DNA of 64,000 nucleotides from an uncultured Alphaproteobacteria bacterium (GTDB lineage Bacteria; Pseudomonadota; Alphaproteobacteria; RF32; CAG-239): NCBI GenBank assembly GCA_944391615.1, contig CALXUE010000001.1, positions 134,550 to 198,549 of the forward strand, read 5' to 3'. Shown piece by piece: positions 58,798 to 64,000 of this stretch (position 1 is its first letter; each line of letters starts with the position of its first letter). The notes under the pieces were generated by a model. It saw only the letters and a program-made list of their open reading frames with translations, ran no database searches and was not told where the DNA came from. The position numbers and the translations under genes were made by a program.

Positions 58798-59526
58798 TTA
58801 TTCAGATTCGGCAGGCGCTGCTTCCAAAGACGCATTCCACACAGAATCTTTAATTTTATTAGTCATAAAATCTTCATGTGCAGCCAAATCTTCGGCAGAA
58901 AGCGGAAAATCTCTGGCAGGTCTAAATTGCCTCTTGAGTGATTGAACAGAAACAGTTTTGGCAACAGCACTATCATGGTGAGCATTTTCACCAAGCTGCA
59001 TAGAAGGCTCCTGCCCACCCAAAAGTTCCAAATAAACTTCAGCCAACAATTGAGCATCAAGAAGAGCACCATGCAGCGTACGAGAAGTATTATCAACGCC
59101 AAAACGCTTGCATAGTGCATCCAAATTAACCTTTGAATGCGGAAATTTTTGACGAGCAATTTCCAAAGTATCAATCACTCTGTCCCATTCATAAACAGGA
59201 TATCCGCACCCTTGCAATTCATGGTTAATAAAACTCATATCGAAAGAGGCATTATGCGCCACCAAGATTCCATCATCACCGACAAAGTCCATCCATTCTT
59301 TAGCAATATCCCTAAAAGTCGGATAATCTTTCAAAAATTCCAAATTAAGACCATGCACTTTATAAGCATCTTCAGGCACTTCACGTTCAGGGTTAATATA
59401 TTGATGATAAGTCACACCGGTCGGCATATGATTAATCAGTTCAACAGCACCTATTTCCACGAGCTTATCGCCGGACTTAGGGTCTAAACCGGTAGTTTCC
59501 GTATCAAAAACAATTTCTCTCACCAT
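58798..59526 (-). CDS. dnaQ: DNA polymerase III epsilon subunit (3'-5' exonuclease)
   Basis: Exo I motif VFDTETTGL. Confidence 0.9.
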   Translation of the reverse strand: MVREIVFDTETTGLDPKSGDKLVEIGAVELINHMPTGVTYHQYINPEREVPEDAYKVHGLNLEFLKDYPTFRDIAKEWMDFVGDDGILVAHNASFDMSFINHELQGCGYPVYEWDRVIDTLEIARQKFPHSKVNLDALCKRFGVDNTSRTLHGALLDAQLLAEVYLELLGGQEPSMQLGENAHHDSAVAKTVSVQSLKRQFRPARDFPLSAEDLAAHEDFMTNKIKDSVWNASLEAAPAESE

Positions 59527-60104
59527 TTTTTGAGTTCCTCAAACAAAAGAGCCATTTGCGCGGTTAAGAGATTAATACTTGTATAGGTATCAATCACCAC
59601 ATCAGCCCACAATTTTTTTTCATCATTAGGAATTTGTACATCATTAATCCTGTCAAAATCAAGAGCAGAAATTTTATCTCGCACCATAACCCGTTTTTTT
59701 CTAACTTCATAAGGAGCATCGGCCAAAATAACACAATCACAAAACTTATGCCATCCAAGTTCAAAGAGCAAAGCAGCATCAATAACAACGATTCCTTTTT
59801 GAAGAGCAGATTTATGCAGGGCGATTCGCAAATTTTGCCTCAAGCAAGGATGCACAATACTTTCGAGTTTTTTGAGTTGTTGATGATTATTGAAGACAAT
59901 ATTTCTGAGTAATTTTTTATCAATTTTATCTCCGCATTTAGCCACCGGAAAAGCACGCGCGACCTGAGCAATAAAATTTTTATCACAATACAGACGCCGC
60001 ACCCAACCATCAATATCCCAAACCGGAAAGCCCAGATTTTTAGCAATGCGGGACAAAGTTGTTTTTCCGCAGCCGATAGAACCGGTAATCCCAACAACAA
60101 ACAT
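59520..60104 (-). CDS. coaE: Dephospho-CoA kinase
   Basis: P-loop GITGSIGCGKTT. Start taken at MFVVGITG; the ORF-track alternative is 60146. Confidence 0.85.
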   Translation of the reverse strand: MFVVGITGSIGCGKTTLSRIAKNLGFPVWDIDGWVRRLYCDKNFIAQVARAFPVAKCGDKIDKKLLRNIVFNNHQQLKKLESIVHPCLRQNLRIALHKSALQKGIVVIDAALLFELGWHKFCDCVILADAPYEVRKKRVMVRDKISALDFDRINDVQIPNDEKKLWADVVIDTYTSINLLTAQMALLFEELKKW

Positions 60105-60146
60105 AACAAAGCTCCACAAAAACAAAACGTTACCCAACTTATACAC

Positions 60147-60632
60147 AAAGAGTCCAAAATCTGTGTATAACTACCCAGTTTTAGCCAAAAGCAAAAACTA
60201 ATCCCCACAAAGCGCAAAATGATCCCTAAAACAATTCACAGGGCTTGACAGGATTCAGTTTCGAGCAAAAAAATTTTTTTCTGGAGTCTCCCAAAAAAAA
60301 GATTTACATCGGCTGACTCGACACAAATGTTAAAGTTTTGGTTTATTTCTTTAAATTATATTGTCGATTCTTTAAATTTTTATCAACAGAGTCAATTTTT
60401 GTCTTTAAAAGTTATCCACACAATGCACAGGGATATACAAATAACTACTAATATTTTAAAATTTAAATGAAGGGAGGATCGAATTGTGCATAACCTTTAT
60501 GCCAAAACAAAGATTGACATAACCGAATTAATATCCTATAAACAAGGCAACGAAAGATACATATACATAATAAATTCGTTTTCACATTCTCAAATATATA
60601 ATCCAAAACATTAAAATAAGGTTACTAAGCAA
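60147..60632 (+). promoter_or_regulatory. Long (about 0.5 kb) rho upstream leader; it carries one consensus DnaA box (TTATCCACA at 60412-60420)
   Basis: Noncoding AT-rich region; long autoregulated rho leaders are typical. Confidence 0.35.
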
Positions 60633-61886
60633 ATGCATTTACAAGAGTTAAAGCAAAAATCTCCAAAGGAGTTGCTGACACAAGCTGAATCATTAGGTAT
60701 AGAAGATGCTTCATCCATGCGTGTACAAGACTTAATCTTTGCGATTTTAAAAAAAGTCGCATCGGATGATGAAATAATATACGGCGACGGCACCATAGAA
60801 GTTTTGCCGGATGGATTTGGTTTTTTGCGTTCAACGGAGTCAAATTATCTAGCCTCACCGGATGACATATACGTTTCACCAGCACAAGTCAAAAAATATG
60901 GCTTAAGAACAGGCGATACCGTAGAGTGTGAAATTCGTGCCCCAAGAGATAATGAGCGCTATTTTGCTTTAACCAAGGTCAACCGTATAAATTTTGATGA
61001 CCCTGAAAAGTCAAAGTTAAGAGTTAATTTTGACAACTTAACGCCTCTGTATCCAACAGAAAAATTAAATTTTGACATTATGTGCGGCGACAAGGATTAT
61101 ACCACGCGTGTGATTGATTTAGTGGCGCCTCAGGGCAAGGGTCAACGTGGCTTGATAGTTGCCCCGCCGCGTACCGGAAAAACGGTTATGTTGCAAAATA
61201 TAGCCCATGCAATAGCCGCCAATCACCCTGAAGTATACTTAATGGTTTTATTGATAGATGAGCGTCCGGAAGAAGTAACCGATATGACACGTTCGGTTAA
61301 AGGCGAAGTTATATCTTCCACGTTTGATGAACCGGCAGCGCGTCATGTTCAAGTTGCCGAAATGGTGATTGAAAAGGCCAAGAGATTAGTTGAATCCAAA
61401 AAAGACGTTGTTATCTTGCTTGATTCAATCACACGTCTGGGACGTGCTTATAACGCCGTTATACCATCATCAGGCAAGGTTTTGACCGGCGGTGTGGATG
61501 CCAACGCCTTGCAGCGTCCGAAACGATTGCTTGGTGCTGCACGCAATGTTGAAGAAGGCGGTTCCTTAACAATCATCGCCACAGCGTTGATAGATACCGG
61601 CTCACGCATGGATGAGGTAATTTTTGAAGAGTTCAAAGGAACAGGTAACTCCGAAATCATCTTGGATAGAAAATTGGTAGACAAACGTTTGTTCCCGACA
61701 ATAGACATTACCCGTTCCGGCACCCGCAAAGAAGAATTATTGGTAGATAAAGCCACGTTGTCCAAGATGTGGGTTTTGCGCCGTGTTCTGATGCAAATGG
61801 GCTTAACCGACGGCATGGAATTCTTGCTTGATAAATTAAGAATATCCAAAGACAATCACGACTTTTTCAACAATATGAATAGTTGA
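60633..61886 (+). CDS. rho: Transcription termination factor Rho
   Basis: [11 protein letters not shown]-terminus; Walker A PPRTGKT; 417 aa. Confidence 0.95.
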   Translation: MHLQELKQKSPKELLTQAESLGIEDASSMRVQDLIFAILKKVASDDEIIYGDGTIEVLPDGFGFLRSTESNYLASPDDIYVSPAQVKKYGLRTGDTVECEIRAPRDNERYFALTKVNRINFDDPEKSKLRVNFDNLTPLYPTEKLNFDIMCGDKDYTTRVIDLVAPQGKGQRGLIVAPPRTGKTVMLQNIAHAIAANHPEVYLMVLLIDERPEEVTDMTRSVKGEVISSTFDEPAARHVQVAEMVIEKAKRLVESKKDVVILLDSITRLGRAYNAVIPSSGKVLTGGVDANALQRPKRLLGAARNVEEGGSLTIIATALIDTGSRMDEVIFEEFKGTGNSEIILDRKLVDKRLFPTIDITRSGTRKEELLVDKATLSKMWVLRRVLMQMGLTDGMEFLLDKLRISKDNHDFFNNMNS

Positions 61887-61893
61887 TGCAACA

Positions 61894-61930
61894 AAAAAGG
61901 TGCTTTGAAATAAAGCACCTTTAGTTTTTA
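61894..61930. terminator. Bidirectional intrinsic terminator between convergent genes
   Basis: Perfect 11-bp stem aaaggtgcttt / aaagcaccttt followed by agttttt. Confidence 0.7.
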
Positions 61931-62572
61931 CTTTCCCAATTCTTTCAGAGCCTGAACAACCCAACTCTGCTGATTAGGGTTAATTTTTAACAGTTTTGAT
62001 ATTTTATCCTTAATATCCGGATAAATATCATCGAGCTTAGCATTAGCTTTGAAGAACAAAACGGCACGTTCGCAGTTTGTGTCTTTCACCACATCCAAAT
62101 GTTTAGCCAAAGCCGACACCATGGAATAATAAGCAGCAGGAGCATTATTTTTCACAAAATCAAGCACATAATCACTTGATAAGATAGAATAAATAGCATC
62201 CCAATTCCAGTTAAACATATTAATGGAACTATACCCGCTGACATTTGCCTCCACATGAGCTTTAACAAAATCGAAGAACAGATTTTCGCAGTTTTTCAAA
62301 ATTTCCGGATGTCTGGAAATCAAGCTGTAAAATTCATTGATTTTAGAATCAGGATTTTTAATAAAAGCAGAAAAACTCTGAGGAAAATCCTTCACAAACA
62401 GTCTCTGCGCATTATTAAGCATGGTCGAAGCCGACAAACGAATAATGACCAAGCTTGAACAATCATCAACTTTCACCATAATAGGCAATTGAGCCAAAGC
62501 CTCATCTGCTTTGTATAAAGCGCTTGCAGCACTTTCATAAAAAGTAGCAATCTGACTAATGTTCATATACAA
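61928..62572 (-). CDS. Hypothetical protein (214 aa)
   Basis: Intact ORF with AT-rich native composition; inserted between rho and mnmE. Confidence 0.4.
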   Translation of the reverse strand: MYMNISQIATFYESAASALYKADEALAQLPIMVKVDDCSSLVIIRLSASTMLNNAQRLFVKDFPQSFSAFIKNPDSKINEFYSLISRHPEILKNCENLFFDFVKAHVEANVSGYSSINMFNWNWDAIYSILSSDYVLDFVKNNAPAAYYSMVSALAKHLDVVKDTNCERAVLFFKANAKLDDIYPDIKDKISKLLKINPNQQSWVVQALKELGK

Positions 62573-62620
62573 TAATTTTGGTTAATAATAAAATTCAACG
62601 AAAGGAAAGTATGACAAAAG

Positions 62621-63295
62621 TTAATCTTTGTCAAATAAAATATGTTTAACCTCATTCATGTCAAAACAAATATAATGAACACCGAGCTTTTTGACTTTAT
62701 CTATATAGACATTGTTTTGATACATTTTACTTCCCAAAAAGGCGATAACAGTCATGCCTGCACGCAAGCCAGCCGTCATACCGGCAAGAGAGTCCTCAAT
62801 AACAACGCAATTTTGTGGCTGTTCCCCCATTTTTTCCGCAGCATAGAGAAACAAATCAGGTTCAGGCTTTCCACGAGAAACATTGTCTATTGTAAAAACA
62901 TTTTCGGGTTTAATAAATTTTTGAATACCGGCCACTTTAATTTTGTGGAGTGTTTTTGTTCTGATACCGCCGGTGGCAATACATTGCTTAATATCGGTTC
63001 GGGTCAAAATATCGAGCGCGCCGTCAAAAACTTCAAGCCCGTCTCTATCCATAGTGGCAACATCTATTTTCAAAACATCGTCCCAAAATTTATCATCAGT
63101 TTTGTAGCCCATTTTATCGAGGATAATTTTTTTCGTGCTGTCGCTGGTTCCGCCAAAGTGCAAATTTACATAATCAAAATCCCAGTCAACACCCAAATGT
63201 TTATGAAAAAATTCAACTCTGTTTTTGAGCCACACTTTTTCCGAATCAACGATAACACCGTCAAAATCCCATATTAACAACTTAAAATTAAGCAT
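62621..63295 (-). CDS. HAD-superfamily hydrolase (beta-phosphoglucomutase-like subfamily)
   Basis: Start at MLNFKLLIWDFDGVIVDSE (the DxDG motif); the ORF-track start is 63367. Confidence 0.65.
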   Translation of the reverse strand: MLNFKLLIWDFDGVIVDSEKVWLKNRVEFFHKHLGVDWDFDYVNLHFGGTSDSTKKIILDKMGYKTDDKFWDDVLKIDVATMDRDGLEVFDGALDILTRTDIKQCIATGGIRTKTLHKIKVAGIQKFIKPENVFTIDNVSRGKPEPDLFLYAAEKMGEQPQNCVVIEDSLAGMTAGLRAGMTVIAFLGSKMYQNNVYIDKVKKLGVHYICFDMNEVKHILFDKD

Positions 63296-63492
63296 ATAAA
63301 TAACTTTCAAATAAAACACGAAAAAAATTGAGTCCGCCAAATGCGCACACAAAAGAATTTTACTCATGATATGATGTTTTAGTTAACTTTCAATAAATAT
63401 GCGCTCTAAGGGCAAAAAAAACGCCTTTTTTAAGACTTGCATAAAAATCTGAATTTTTATATACCATTTATAAGATAACAAGGGAGGATTAT

Positions 63493-64000
63493 ATGGACAA
63501 CAAAACAATATATGCCTTATCAACCACATTCGGCAAGTCTGGAGTCGCAGTGGTTCGCATTTCGGGAGCAAAGGCAAAATCAGTCATCAGCCAAATGACC
63601 TCTCTTGATGAACAAAGCATAAAACCGCGTTACGCTTATTTTATAAATTTGCATGATATAAAACATCAAAGCACAATCGATAAATGTCTGTTGCTTTATT
63701 TTAAGGCACCCTACTCTTTCACGGGAGAAGATATTGTTGAGTTGCAAACACATGGTTCTAAAGCGGTGATAAAATCTGTTTTGGAAAATTTGAGCCAGAT
63801 TTCAGATTTTCGTATGGCTGAGCCGGGGGAATTTTCCAAACGCGCTTTTTATAATGGTAAAATGGATTTAACCGAGGCCGAGGGATTAGCGGATTTGATA
63901 GATGCCGAAACATCCGTTCAGCAAAAATATGCCATTCGCCAAATGGAAGGCAACTTGAAAAACTTGTACGAAGAATGGCGTTCATCTCTGGTTGAAATTA
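63493..64000 (+). CDS. mnmE: tRNA modification GTPase MnmE, 5' part only; it continues past the window
   Basis: RBS agggagg; IYALSTTFGKSGVAVVRISG N-terminus; rho followed by mnmE on the same strand. Confidence 0.85.
   Translation, partial: MDNKTIYALSTTFGKSGVAVVRISGAKAKSVISQMTSLDEQSIKPRYAYFINLHDIKHQSTIDKCLLLYFKAPYSFTGEDIVELQTHGSKAVIKSVLENLSQISDFRMAEPGEFSKRAFYNGKMDLTEAEGLADLIDAETSVQQKYAIRQMEGNLKNLYEEWRSSLVEI

Noticed and set aside
60412-60420. Perfect DnaA box TTATCCACA in the rho leader, as a possible oriC marker
   Set aside because: A single 9-mer is expected about 0.5 times by chance in 64 kb on both strands. There is no cluster of boxes or adjacent AT-rich DUE, and origin proximity is not supported from this window alone.
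1-64000. CRISPR arrays, transposases/IS elements, prophage genes, rRNA or tRNA genes
   Set aside because: I saw no short regularly spaced direct repeats. No transposase or integrase ORF is present (xerD is the chromosomal dimer-resolution recombinase), nor any phage structural genes. No cloverleaf-like candidates turned up in the intergenic regions I read by eye; a tRNAscan/Infernal run would be needed to be sure.

Overview
This window reads as a low-GC (about 40%) alphaproteobacterial chromosome. Several adjacencies are, from memory of Brucella/Agrobacterium-type genome layouts (not checked), what I expect in Rhizobiales of the Bartonella/Brucella type: ylxR-nusA-rimP with infB, rph-rdgB, addB-addA-trxA, nrdAB, hslVU-hemW, fabD-fabG, lptF-lptD-surA-ksgA, nth-tsaD, xerD/secB/Tim44-like/mltA/smr, dnaQ-coaE and rho followed by mnmE. 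About 50 genes are housekeeping with clear family motifs. The lineage-specific material sits at breaks in that conserved gene order:

- (i) Right after the comM 3' end, a roughly 5 kb island with about 50% GC encodes three Sec-secreted, cysteine-rich proteins, the largest ending in a catalytically dead trypsin-like domain.
- (ii) A three-member paralog family of roughly 150-180 aa cytoplasmic proteins sits in two loci and shares an identical 19-nt upstream motif.
- (iii) About 0.85 kb of degenerate tandem noncoding repeats lies downstream of infB.
- (iv) A GT5 glycogen-synthase-like gene is the only thing between rph and grpE, and no hrcA is present between them in this window.
- (v) An archaeal/eukaryotic-type ADP-dependent sugar kinase follows the Mic60-like gene.
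- (vi) A compositionally foreign hypothetical gene (about 47% GC) is inserted between ksgA and nth.
- (vii) Two extra genes sit between rho and mnmE.

I found no CRISPR array, transposase, rRNA or tRNA. Candidate regulatory sites are a palindrome upstream of nrdA that may be an NrdR operator, a sigma-32-like promoter for hslVU, a long rho leader, and several bidirectional intrinsic terminators.
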